64,000 nt of DNA from an uncultured Opitutaceae bacterium (GTDB lineage: Bacteria > Verrucomicrobiota > Verrucomicrobiia > Opitutales > Opitutaceae). The stretch is from the NCBI GenBank assembly GCA_964541315.1, contig CAZIQP010000003.1:1-64000 (forward strand). The letters are read 5' to 3'. Below are positions 47,651 to 57,376 of the stretch, piece after piece. The position numbers and the translations under genes were made by a program. A model generated the notes under the pieces. That model did not search any database and had not been told where the DNA came from. It saw nothing but the letters and a program-made list of their open reading frames with translations. Every line of letters starts with the position of its first letter. Position 1 is the first letter of the stretch.

Positions 47651-47937
47651 AAAGAAGGATGAGATTTGCCAAAACAGTGCACTGTGGTGAAATATTGCCG
47701 TTCGCCGAGAGGGAAATCCCACGGACCGGGGCAAACGCGGGGTCCAACGCAGCGTGGTGACGGAGGCGGCCTGGGTGCCGGTCGGAGTCGTGGTCGCGGG
47801 GGCCAGCGGTATGTAACCGGAAGCTAAAAGAGGGGCACCCGGCCGGGACTTTATTAATCCGGCAAAGTGACAGCTCATGTCATCGCTTGGGCAAAACGCT
47901 CTTTTCGAGGCGCTGTCACATTGCCGGATTGATAGAT

Positions 47938-49548
47938 TCAATCCTCCGGCGAGGGCGGAGCGTCGCGGAGCAATGATTCTTCATGATCGAGCAGTTGTTG
48001 GAGCGGGCGGTGGACTTCGTCGATGATCTTGGCGCTGCGCCAGAGCTCGTCGATGGCAGCGCGTTCGGCCTTCAAAGCCGTGCTACGGTAATGGTGGCTG
48101 GCCCGGCGCCGCATACGCGCGTTGCGGCGGGTTTCGCCTTCAGCTTCCAAAGCGGCGAGTCGGTGCTCATATTCGGCGATCACCTGGCCCAGCGCGGCTG
48201 CATGTTCGGGGGTATCCGCCTCGGTCTCGAGCGCACGCAGTGCAGTCAGTCCGGCTTGCACCGCCGTGGTGCGGGCGAGGCGTTCCTCCTGGGCCCGGGT
48301 GTCATCCTCGCGCAAACCCAGGTGTTGGATCAGCCGCTCAAGCGTCGTGCCTTGGAGCAATAATGTGACGGCAATGACGCCGAACGCCAAAAAGATCACA
48401 ATGTCGCGGCTAGGAAAGGGCGTGCCATCGGGGAGCAGCAACGGAATGGAAAGCGCCCCGGCGAGTGTCACCGTGCCGCGCATGCCGGCCCAGCCGACGA
48501 CGAGGGCCGATGCGCCGCGAGAGGATTTCGAGCAGACGCCGGTCGCCAGTGACGGCAGGTATATTCCGGCGAAGACCCAGACGAGCCGTGCGACAATGGC
48601 GGTGCCGGAAATGACCGCGGTGAAGCCCAGAAGCCGGGCGAGCGAATAGTGACCGTGCACCGCGGCGAGCAGCGTGGGGAATTGCAGTCCGAGTAGAACG
48701 AAGGCCACGCCGTTGAGCCAGAAGAGCAGCAGCCGCCAGACGGCGTAGGTGCTCTGGCGGGTTTCCACATCCATTCTGACCGGGTCCCGCCAGCCGGAGT
48801 AGAGTCCGGCGGCGACGACCGCCAGAATGTCGGATGCGCCGAGCAGCTCGGCGGCGAGATAGGCGGCGAACGGGGTCAGGAGGGAGAGGGTAATTTCGAT
48901 GAACGGATCGCTGGCTTCCAATCGCAGGAGCAGGTCGCGCAGTTTGCCAATCACGTAGCCGGCAGCAAAACCGATGGCCAGGCCGCCAGCCGCCAGCAGG
49001 GAGAAATCCACCGCCATGCGGCCGGGCGAAAAGCTTCCCGCAACCACGGCGGCGAGGGCGAACTTGAAGCCCACGAGACCGGTGGCGTCGTTCATGAGAC
49101 TTTCGCCGCTCAGCACGGTGGTGAGACGGGCCGGAACGCGCAGCCGTTCGGTGATGGCGTTGACCGCCACGGCATCGGTGGGCGACACGATTGCGCCGAG
49201 GGCGAACGCCATTGCGAGCGAAAGTCCCGGCACGAGCCACCAGGCCACGAGCCCGACCGCCACGGTCGTGAAGAAAACAAGCCCCGTGGCAAGGGTGAGA
49301 ATGGCGCGGCGGGCGCGGACAAATTCCCGCAGCGGCATCAGCCAGCCGTCCGCAAAGAGCAGCGGGGGCAGAAAGCAGAGAAAGAAAAATCCGGGATCGA
49401 GCGTCATCCGGGGAAACGCCGGCACGAGGGCCGCGCCCACGCCCCCGAGCAGGTAGGTGATCAATTGCGGCCAGGGCAGCCAGCGTCCAATCACGCTCAA
49501 GCCGGCGATCAGCAGGAGCAAAACAAGCGCGTGTTCAAAGGAGGCCAT
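47938..49548 (-). CDS. CPA1-family Na+/H+ antiporter
   Basis: FLPPLLF, SPTDAVAV, GESLMNDATG, WAGMRG.VTLA, LLQGTTL; start ATG 49548. Confidence 0.92.
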   Translation of the reverse strand: MASFEHALVLLLLIAGLSVIGRWLPWPQLITYLLGGVGAALVPAFPRMTLDPGFFFLCFLPPLLFADGWLMPLREFVRARRAILTLATGLVFFTTVAVGLVAWWLVPGLSLAMAFALGAIVSPTDAVAVNAITERLRVPARLTTVLSGESLMNDATGLVGFKFALAAVVAGSFSPGRMAVDFSLLAAGGLAIGFAAGYVIGKLRDLLLRLEASDPFIEITLSLLTPFAAYLAAELLGASDILAVVAAGLYSGWRDPVRMDVETRQSTYAVWRLLLFWLNGVAFVLLGLQFPTLLAAVHGHYSLARLLGFTAVISGTAIVARLVWVFAGIYLPSLATGVCSKSSRGASALVVGWAGMRGTVTLAGALSIPLLLPDGTPFPSRDIVIFLAFGVIAVTLLLQGTTLERLIQHLGLREDDTRAQEERLARTTAVQAGLTALRALETEADTPEHAAALGQVIAEYEHRLAALEAEGETRRNARMRRRASHHYRSTALKAERAAIDELWRSAKIIDEVHRPLQQLLDHEESLLRDAPPSPED

Positions 49549-49706
49549 ATCGCCGCTAACGCTACGAATAAGGCCGGATTCGTCCAGCGGCATTGCCGTG
49601 CGCCAGATGATGCGCAGGCTGTCGCTGCCTTTTTCCACCGGCGCCGTGTCCTATGGCAAAACGGACGATTTGCATTCTGGCGGGTTACGCACTCATTGAA
49701 CAAATC

Positions 49707-50708
49707 ATGGTTGCCACGCTCACACACGATCCTGTTTCACCGGCCGATGAATCGCTGCTCGACGCCTATTCGCAATCGGTTTCTGACGCCGTCTCGACGG
49801 CGCATCCTGCCGTGGTCCACATCGAGGTCCGCGGCAACGATGCGCCGGGCGGTTCTGGCTCGGGTTTCTTCATCTCACCCGACGGCTATCTGCTGACCAA
49901 CAGCCACGTCGTTCATGGCGCCAAGGAAATGCGCGTCTTCCTCGCCGATGGACGAAAACTTCCGGCCACCCTTATCGGTGATGATCCCGACACCGATCTC
50001 GCCGTGCTGCGCGTAAGCGCCGACGAGATCGCGCACCTGGAACTGGCGGACAGCGATGCCGTGCGCCCGGGTCAGATTGCGATCGCCATCGGTTCCCCCA
50101 TGGGTTTTCAGCAGACCGTCACCGCAGGCATCGTGAGCGGTTTGGGCCGTTCTCTGCGCGGCGCTTCCGGCCGGCTCATCGATAATGTCATCCAGACGGA
50201 CGCCGCGCTCAATCCCGGCAACTCCGGCGGCCCGCTCGTCAACACCCGTTCCGAAGTCATCGGCGTCAACACCGCCATCATCCGTCCCGCGCAGGGCATC
50301 TGCTTTGCCATCGCGAGCAACACGGCCCGCTGGGTCGCAGCGTGGCTGATCAAGGACGGCCGCATCCGGCGCAGCTTTATCGGTGTGGCCGGTCAAAAGG
50401 TTCCGCTCATCCGCAAGGTCGCCCGGTTTCACCGCCTGACACAGGAGACCGGAGTGCTCGTCGCTGGCGTCGAGCCCAGGAGTCCCGCCGACCGCGCCGG
50501 GCTCGTGGAGGGCGATGTCGTGCTGGCCCTGGATGATTCGCCCACTCCCGCGGTCGACAGTCTGCACAAGCTTCTGACCAGCGACCGGATTGGCGAACGG
50601 GCAATCATCACATTCCTGCGTGGCGTCGAGCTGCGCCGCCACGCCATCATCCCGCTCGAAATGCCCGGGCGGGATGTACCTGACGTTGGTCAGCGCCAAT
50701 TGCGTTGA
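49707..50708 (+). CDS. HtrA/DegS-like S1C serine protease with one PDZ domain
   Basis: GSGSGF, LTNSHVV, DLAVL, QTDAALNPGNSGGPL, PDZ 'SPADRAGL..GDV'; no obvious signal peptide. Confidence 0.92.
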   Translation: MVATLTHDPVSPADESLLDAYSQSVSDAVSTAHPAVVHIEVRGNDAPGGSGSGFFISPDGYLLTNSHVVHGAKEMRVFLADGRKLPATLIGDDPDTDLAVLRVSADEIAHLELADSDAVRPGQIAIAIGSPMGFQQTVTAGIVSGLGRSLRGASGRLIDNVIQTDAALNPGNSGGPLVNTRSEVIGVNTAIIRPAQGICFAIASNTARWVAAWLIKDGRIRRSFIGVAGQKVPLIRKVARFHRLTQETGVLVAGVEPRSPADRAGLVEGDVVLALDDSPTPAVDSLHKLLTSDRIGERAIITFLRGVELRRHAIIPLEMPGRDVPDVGQRQLR

Positions 50709-50884
50709 AGGTGAGAATGCCCCGGCCGATTGGCCGAGCGGGTTGAACGCAAACCTCGGGCCGGTGCTCCGGACGCAGACCCAGGTATTGGTGGCAATCA
50801 CGCGGCTCAAAACGGCGCTCATAATATCCGGAGGGATAGAGGCGCTGTTCGCGCCGAGCCATACCCGCCAAATTGCCTTTTCCA

Positions 50885-51033
50885 GGGACAGAAAAAAGGA
50901 GTCAGGTTGATAATGTTATAATTGGGGTGGAAGCGGAGTTCGGGATGATCGGGGGTATGCGAGAAATTGCGGTTGGAACTTCCTTGGATGAGCCGTCGCT
51001 AAGAAAAAAATGCAATATTTACGGCCCTTTTTT
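50885..51033 (+). mobile_element. Non-autonomous remnant of the Y1/RAYT-like element
   Basis: Begins with the end shared with 27621-27655, continues with a segment matching 28242-28305 (encoding KLRLE), closes with a possible inverted end TGCAATATTTACGGCCCTTTTTT. Confidence 0.65.
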
Positions 51034-51039
51034 AGCCGT

Positions 51040-53292
51040 TCAATGATTTGGCGGCGGCGAGGCGGCGATGGTGCATGCGAGGGCGGCGTGGCGGGGGAGG
51101 AGGATATTGGCGTCGAATTCGTTGACGACCCGGGCGCGGGCGCGGGTGGCGAGGGTGAGGCCGAGGTCGGGTGATTGCAGCAGGCGGGCCATGGCTTCGC
51201 AGAGCGCGACGGTGTCGCCGGGCGGGATCAAGGTGGCTTCGAGGTCCGCGCGAACTTGCTCCACGACACCGTGCACGCCCGAACTGAGGATGGGCGTGCC
51301 GCAGACCATTGTTTCGAGGATGACGCGGGGCGAGGATTCTTCGTAGGTCGAGCAGACGAAGAGATCGGCGGCGGCGTAATAAGGGAAGTAGTCCGACGTG
51401 CCGGGATGGACGACGAGATTGGGGCGATTGAGATGGACGAGCAGGTCAACCAGCACGGCGTCGAAGGGCGTGTCCCCGCCGCCGAGCATCACGAACCGGG
51501 TGCGGACCGCCAGTTCCGGATAGCGGCGCCAGAGCAGGTCGACGGCGCGGGCGAAGATGTGCTGGCCCTTGCGTTCGCAGACGGTGCCGACGTTGGTGAC
51601 GAGCAGTTCGCCGGGCTGCATTTGAAAACGGGCACGCAAGGTTTCGCGGGGATTTTTCGCGCGCCAGGCATCGATGCGCGCGACGTCGATCCAGCCGGGC
51701 GTGAGGCGGTGATTGGCAGGCCGGCCATAGTCGAGGTGGTAGCTGCGCGTCGACGCCGTGGTGAATGACACGCAGTCGGCCAGGGCGAACGCTTCATCGA
51801 CGAGTGCGATCACCTCGGGATGCATCCGACCCAGATAGAAACTGGCGGGCGTCGTGCTCTCGTGGACATAGAGCAGGGCGCGGCGACCGGTGGCTTGCGC
51901 GGCGTGCACGGCCCAGAAGGTCGTGAAGGTGTTGCAGACGACGAGATCGAACGCGGCGAAATCGACGGTCTCGCCCAAAGCGGCGATGGCTTGGCGGGAG
52001 TCAGTGGCGGATTGGGCGGAGAAAACGGCCGCGACATCCGCGATCAGGATTTGTGGGCAACAGGCGGCAAATCGTTCGCGCAGCGGGCCGTCGCTGGGAC
52101 TGAGCAACGTGAGCTGGATGCCGAGCGAGGCGAGATGCCGGGCGTAATCGACGAAGAAGAGCGGGGCGCCTTCGAAGTTGAGATTATGGGTGACGAGCAG
52201 GACGCGGCGGGGCCGCAGGGCGGCGGAAGACTGCGGCGCGGGTTGCAGCGGGGTCGCAGATGGCAGCGTGCGCGGTGCGCGGAGTTGAAAGTCGGTTTCG
52301 ATGCGGGTGAGTTCGCGGCTGAGTTCGTCGTCGGCGACCACTTCGATCCCGCGTTCCCTCATGGCGGCGGTCAGCGCCGCGTTGTTGCCGGCAAAGCTGG
52401 CGCGGTCCTGGGGTGGGTAGGGCGCCTTTTCCTCTTCGTTGGTATAAAGCCGGCTGCGTTGCACGGAGCACAGGTGCAGACTGCCGTCGGCGAGTTCGGC
52501 GTAGAGGCGCAGGCAGACGGGCTGGGGAAGCTGGGCCGGCACATCGATGATGCCGAATAGTCCGCAGTTTTGCGCAGTGGCGAATTGAGGGAAATAGCTG
52601 GCGGGGCCGGGCGAGGCCAGACCATGGCCGATCGTTTGCCAGGCCTGCAGATCAAAGGTCGCGAGGACGCGCCGAATGGGCTGGGTCTCGTGAAACAGGT
52701 AACCGAGCACGGCGGTGCGGCCGAAACCGCAGCGCGTGAGGGCGGCGGGTTCGTCGAGGTGGCCATGGAAAGGCAGATGCGGATGACGCAGATCGCGTGG
52801 GTAAGGAATCTGGGCGACCAATTCGCGGGCGAGCTCACCCAAGGCGTGGTCGGGCGAGCGGCGCTGCTCACGCAGGAGAATCTGGAGGGCGCGGCCGTAT
52901 TCGTGCCAGCGCAGCGGGCCGGTTGGAACGGCGACATCGACCGGTGGATTGGCGGCGACAATCTGGTAGGAGATATTCTGGCATGACGACCAGCGGCCCT
53001 CGATGGTCAGCGCTTCGAGCACGATCTCGACAGGGCCCGGGGAGACTTCGATGACGATGTAGAATTCGGCGAGCGCGACCGGCCGGCCGGTTTTGAAATG
53101 AGCGGCGAGATCGGCGCGCGGAATGCCGTGAACGCCCGGGAAGATGCGACCACCGAGGCGGGCGCGAACATCGACGAAGATGCCACCGGCCTTGGGCCAG
53201 GCCCAGCCACGGAGGGTGTGCCGGCCCCGGGGCAGGGTGGAGCCGGGTGCGGGCGTTTCAATGTGGCTGAAGCCGGTGGAGGTTTCGTGCAT
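51040..53292 (-). CDS. GT4 glycosyltransferase with N-terminal accessory domains
   Basis: THNLNFEGAP, VGTVCERKGQH, STYEESSPRVILE, SGVHGVVE. Confidence 0.88.
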   Translation of the reverse strand: MHETSTGFSHIETPAPGSTLPRGRHTLRGWAWPKAGGIFVDVRARLGGRIFPGVHGIPRADLAAHFKTGRPVALAEFYIVIEVSPGPVEIVLEALTIEGRWSSCQNISYQIVAANPPVDVAVPTGPLRWHEYGRALQILLREQRRSPDHALGELARELVAQIPYPRDLRHPHLPFHGHLDEPAALTRCGFGRTAVLGYLFHETQPIRRVLATFDLQAWQTIGHGLASPGPASYFPQFATAQNCGLFGIIDVPAQLPQPVCLRLYAELADGSLHLCSVQRSRLYTNEEEKAPYPPQDRASFAGNNAALTAAMRERGIEVVADDELSRELTRIETDFQLRAPRTLPSATPLQPAPQSSAALRPRRVLLVTHNLNFEGAPLFFVDYARHLASLGIQLTLLSPSDGPLRERFAACCPQILIADVAAVFSAQSATDSRQAIAALGETVDFAAFDLVVCNTFTTFWAVHAAQATGRRALLYVHESTTPASFYLGRMHPEVIALVDEAFALADCVSFTTASTRSYHLDYGRPANHRLTPGWIDVARIDAWRAKNPRETLRARFQMQPGELLVTNVGTVCERKGQHIFARAVDLLWRRYPELAVRTRFVMLGGGDTPFDAVLVDLLVHLNRPNLVVHPGTSDYFPYYAAADLFVCSTYEESSPRVILETMVCGTPILSSGVHGVVEQVRADLEATLIPPGDTVALCEAMARLLQSPDLGLTLATRARARVVNEFDANILLPRHAALACTIAASPPPNH

Positions 53293-53302
53293 CAGGAGTC
53301 GT

Positions 53303-56300
53303 TCATCCCAGCCACGCTTCGCGGATCATCTGCAGGTGCTGGGGCAGGGCGCGGGCGTGGTGGTAATTGCGGGCGGCGCGGGCATAGGCCATCGAGATCA
53401 TCTTTTGGTTGCCGGCGAAATGGTCCGCGAGCGCGAGCTTGAGCGCGGCGGCGAGCTTGAAAGGATCGCCCGCAGGCACGAGGTACGCCTCGTCATTGCT
53501 GGTCAACATCTCGGCGATGCCGTTGACATCGGTGCTGACGATGCGTGTGCCGAAGACCATCGCCTCGAGCAGCACGCGCGGAAATGATTCCTCGAAACTG
53601 GTGCAGACGAGCAGATCGGCCAACCGGTAGAAATCGTAGATCTCGCTGGTCTCCTTGAAAATCTTCACATCCTGCAGGCCCATGAGTTGGACATCCTCCA
53701 ACAATGTTTCCATGTAGAGGCCGTCGCGGGCGCCGACGATGACCCACTGGATTTTCTTGCCGGGAAAAAGATCGCGGAGTTCCTTTTTAAGCAGATCGAT
53801 GCCGCGGATGTATATGTGCTGGCCCTTGCGTTCGCACACGGAACCGATGTTGACCACGAGCACGGCATCGGGATCGAGGCCGTGTTTGCGGCGGAGCTCG
53901 GTGCGGTCGTGGGTTGCCTTGAACCGCTCGATGCGGGCGAAGTCGACCCAACTGCGCAAGGTGCGGAAATTGTCGTTGCCGCTCAGTTCCTGATGGATGT
54001 CGTGCGTGGAACGCGCGGTGAAAACAACGCGGGTGGCGCGGCGAAAAGCATCCTCGACCGTGGCGTGCATGGCCGCAGGCAGCAGCGGGGCGAAGAAACG
54101 TTTCACGACGTTGCTCTCGTGCAGATAGAGGGCGGAAGGTTTGCCCAGATGCTCCGCGAGGTGGACGGCCCAGAAGGTCAGCATCGTATTGCAGACGAAG
54201 AGATCGGTGTCGTTCCACTGGCGCGTGCCGGCGAATTTCTCCATGGCGGCGGTGAATTCGGCGGGCGACTTGGCGGCCATCATGCCGGAGGTATCCCACA
54301 GTTCGACCTTGAGTCCGAGCTCCTCAAAGCGCGCGCGCAACGGACCGTCGTGCGGTGAGGCGATGGTGATTGTGACGCCGGGCTGCTCGGCCAGGTAGCG
54401 GGCGAGCTCGAAGATGAAGATGGGGGCGCCTTCGAAATTCAGGTTGTGCGTCAGCACGATGGCGCGGAACGGCCGGGCGGTTTGGGCGTAGCGCTGGTGG
54501 TAGGGATTGAGCGGGAGATTGCGAGGGGGGAAGTCGAGCGTCTCGCTGTGGTAGGGATCGCGGTGGTTGCCGTGACGCGCGAGATATTCGACGTGTTCGC
54601 GTTCGGCGTAGGTATTGCCCCGCGAGGCGCTGCCGACGTGGCGGAGGACGGCCTGTGGAGAATAGACGGTGCGGAAACCGGCGGCCTGCGTGCGCAGGCA
54701 GAAGTCAACGTCGTTGTAGGCGACGGCGAGTTTGGTTTCATCGAAACCTTTGAGCTGCCGGTAGAGATCGGTGCGGGTGAGCAGGCAGGCACCGGTAACG
54801 GCTGCGACGTCGCGCGCGGCGTGAGGGAGGAAAAGATAACCGAGATCCTCGGCGGGTTCCTTTTCAAAGAGCACGTGCGGCAGACCGTCTTCGCGGCTGA
54901 TGCTGATGCCGGCGTGGTTGAGCGTGCCGTCGGGGTGGAGCAATTTTGCCCCCACGATGCCCACACCGGGAACGCTGAGCCAGCCGACCATGTCTTCGAG
55001 CCAACCGGGCGTGAGTGCTTCCACGTCGTTGTTCAGATGGAGCACAAACGGCGTGTCGGCGCGGGCGGTGCCGAGATTGACAAGGCGGGAATAGTTGAAG
55101 CCGTCGGGAGAAACCGGAGCGGTTATGACTTCGCAGCGCAGATCGGTGTGGGTGGCGATTGTGTTCAGATACGTGAGGGTGTCGGCGTCGTCGGAATTAT
55201 CGTCGACCACAATGATCTTTACTGCATCGCGCGGCGTGGTGCGGGCGAGGGAATCGAGGCAGGTGCGGAGGAGATCGACGCGATTCTTTGTTGGGATGAC
55301 GATGGTGACGGGATTTTCGCGCAGGATGGCCGCGTCCCATTGCAACTGGTGCAGGCAGAGCGCGTAGTTTTTTGCGAATTCGGGGAGCACCGGTTCGGCG
55401 CGAAGGGCGCGGCGTTTGACCGCTTCGGCGATGGCCTTGCGTGCGGCTTCGAAGAGATAGCCTTTCTGGTCGCCGCGGGTGGCGGTGCTTTCGGCGTGGG
55501 CGCGCCAGTGGTAACCGATGAAGGGCACATGCACGACGTCCGCCGGCTTGATCAGCTCCCAGCAGCGGAGAAAGAGATCAATGTCCTGTGCGCCGTTAAA
55601 TTCCGGGCGGAGCCGGCCGGCTTGCTCCACGACAGTACGCCGGATTACAGTAAGGTGATGCGTGTAATTATGGGTGAGCGCCATTTCGGGGCTCCATCCG
55701 CCCTTGAATTGTGGATCGAAGCGTCGCCCGGTGTCGTCGATTTTGTCCTCATCGGTGTAGAGATAACCGGCGGTCGGGTGGCGCGCGATGGCCTGGGCAA
55801 TGTGCAGCAGCGCGTCGTGCGGCAGCAGGTCGTCGTGGTCGAGCAGGGCGACAAATTCTCCGGTCGCAACCTCAAGGCCGGAATTGGTGGCACGGGCGAT
55901 GTGGCCGTTTTCAGCGCGGAAAACGGGTTTGATGCGCGGGTCGCTCTTGGCGGCTTCTTCGAGAATACGGCGGATGTGCGGTTGGGGCGAGGCATCGTCG
56001 GCGATGCAAAGTTCCCAGCGCGGGTAGAGCTGTTGCCCGAGGCAATCGAGCAGTTCGCGAAGATATTTTTCCGGCGTGTTATAGGCAGGCACGACGACGC
56101 TGATGAGCGGGCCGCCCGTTTGCGCCAAAGCCGTGGCGTCCTGTTGCAGCGTGGCGCGGAGGCGCGGGGTGAGCCGGTTGTGCCAGCACCAGCGGGTGTA
56201 GGGATCCTGGTCGCGAATACGGAGAATGGCCGCGGGGACCTTCGCCGTTTCTCCGCGGCTGAAGGTGGCGGCGAGGTGCTGTTGCAGCCGGACGATCTCG

Positions 56301-57262
56301 GCGCGGGATTCAGTCCAACTGTCGAACTGGAAACGACCGAGCAGGCGGCCACGCAGAAAAGCGGCGACGACTTTGTAGAAAAGAAAAGGCCGGTAGATGG
56401 GGACGGGGCCGGAATGTTCGTCGCGCCGGTCGAGATACATGCGGCGGGCGAAAGCAAGGGGTCGGGTGCCGTCACCGGTCTCGGCGAATATTTTCAGACT
56501 GACCGGGCTGGGGGTGTCGCTGCGGATATCCACAAGTCCGTAATAACCGGATTTGAGGGCGTTGGCATGATCGGCACGGTGGCTGGCGACGTCGGGGCGG
56601 TCCTTGGGATAGACGAGGCGGTTTTCCGTCAGGACGCCGGTGGTGGCGCTGAGTTGGGAGATGTTGCAACCGACGCCAAAAATCCAGCCGGTGATGCGGA
56701 ATTTCCCATAGCCGGCGTTGATCCAAAAACCCGGGTTCTCGATGTAGCCGAGAAAACGGTCGCCGATGAAGACATCGCTGGTCGGGGTAAGGACATCGCG
56801 CAGCACGGCGTCCGTTTCGCGGCACAACACGGACCATGATTCGCGGTGGAAGTGGCGATAGAGATGGTGAAGGGTCTGATGGACGACGGCGGCGCGGAGA
56901 ATGCGCGGCGGTTTCGTGGCCTCGGCCGGGAGCGCCGTCGTGTCGAGCGGAGTCTGGAAAAATTCACGCCAATCGGCGCCGTCGTGGTAATCGAGCGCGA
57001 GCGTCTTGGCACCGCGCCAGACGACGACGCGCTGGGCGAAGCCGGTGCGCAACGCGGCGAGCGAACCGCCGAAAGCCTGTTTCGTATCGGGCCGTTCCAA
57101 GCCGTAGATCCCGAGATAGGCGCGTTTGTCCACGCGGGCCCGGATATCGAGGCAGAGCGTGGTTTCTCCCGGATACAACCAGCCGGTGACTTCGATTCCG
57201 GCGACCTCCGGCCGCCAATGGGCGGGGCTGTCGATGTGGAATTTAGGCGGAGAAAAGCTCAT
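53303..57262 (-). CDS. Multidomain glycosyltransferase (GT2-GT2-GT4, about 1319 aa)
   Basis: ISVVVPAYN/DDAS/LDHDD; VIPTKN/LNNDV/AVTGAC/NDVDFC; THNLNFEGAP/SFEESFPRVLLEAM; start ATG 57262. Confidence 0.92.
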   Translation of the reverse strand: MSFSPPKFHIDSPAHWRPEVAGIEVTGWLYPGETTLCLDIRARVDKRAYLGIYGLERPDTKQAFGGSLAALRTGFAQRVVVWRGAKTLALDYHDGADWREFFQTPLDTTALPAEATKPPRILRAAVVHQTLHHLYRHFHRESWSVLCRETDAVLRDVLTPTSDVFIGDRFLGYIENPGFWINAGYGKFRITGWIFGVGCNISQLSATTGVLTENRLVYPKDRPDVASHRADHANALKSGYYGLVDIRSDTPSPVSLKIFAETGDGTRPLAFARRMYLDRRDEHSGPVPIYRPFLFYKVVAAFLRGRLLGRFQFDSWTESRAEIVRLQQHLAATFSRGETAKVPAAILRIRDQDPYTRWCWHNRLTPRLRATLQQDATALAQTGGPLISVVVPAYNTPEKYLRELLDCLGQQLYPRWELCIADDASPQPHIRRILEEAAKSDPRIKPVFRAENGHIARATNSGLEVATGEFVALLDHDDLLPHDALLHIAQAIARHPTAGYLYTDEDKIDDTGRRFDPQFKGGWSPEMALTHNYTHHLTVIRRTVVEQAGRLRPEFNGAQDIDLFLRCWELIKPADVVHVPFIGYHWRAHAESTATRGDQKGYLFEAARKAIAEAVKRRALRAEPVLPEFAKNYALCLHQLQWDAAILRENPVTIVIPTKNRVDLLRTCLDSLARTTPRDAVKIIVVDDNSDDADTLTYLNTIATHTDLRCEVITAPVSPDGFNYSRLVNLGTARADTPFVLHLNNDVEALTPGWLEDMVGWLSVPGVGIVGAKLLHPDGTLNHAGISISREDGLPHVLFEKEPAEDLGYLFLPHAARDVAAVTGACLLTRTDLYRQLKGFDETKLAVAYNDVDFCLRTQAAGFRTVYSPQAVLRHVGSASRGNTYAEREHVEYLARHGNHRDPYHSETLDFPPRNLPLNPYHQRYAQTARPFRAIVLTHNLNFEGAPIFIFELARYLAEQPGVTITIASPHDGPLRARFEELGLKVELWDTSGMMAAKSPAEFTAAMEKFAGTRQWNDTDLFVCNTMLTFWAVHLAEHLGKPSALYLHESNVVKRFFAPLLPAAMHATVEDAFRRATRVVFTARSTHDIHQELSGNDNFRTLRSWVDFARIERFKATHDRTELRRKHGLDPDAVLVVNIGSVCERKGQHIYIRGIDLLKKELRDLFPGKKIQWVIVGARDGLYMETLLEDVQLMGLQDVKIFKETSEIYDFYRLADLLVCTSFEESFPRVLLEAMVFGTRIVSTDVNGIAEMLTSNDEAYLVPAGDPFKLAAALKLALADHFAGNQKMISMAYARAARNYHHARALPQHLQMIREAWLG

Positions 57263-57376
57263 GCAGGGCGCGGAATTAAGCGGAGCCGGCGCGCGCCAGT
57301 AAAGCTTGTTCGAAGGGGGACCGGGCTCGGGCAAAATGTTATTGGCGTGTGCCGGAGCATAACTTTGGTACAGGTG

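Noticed and set aside
54446..57376. 797-aa plus-strand ORF and the 5' extensions of the 877-aa and 1420-aa ORFs
   Set aside because: Antisense or overlapping artefacts; starts at 57262 (-) and 57377 (+) leave a clean divergent gap.
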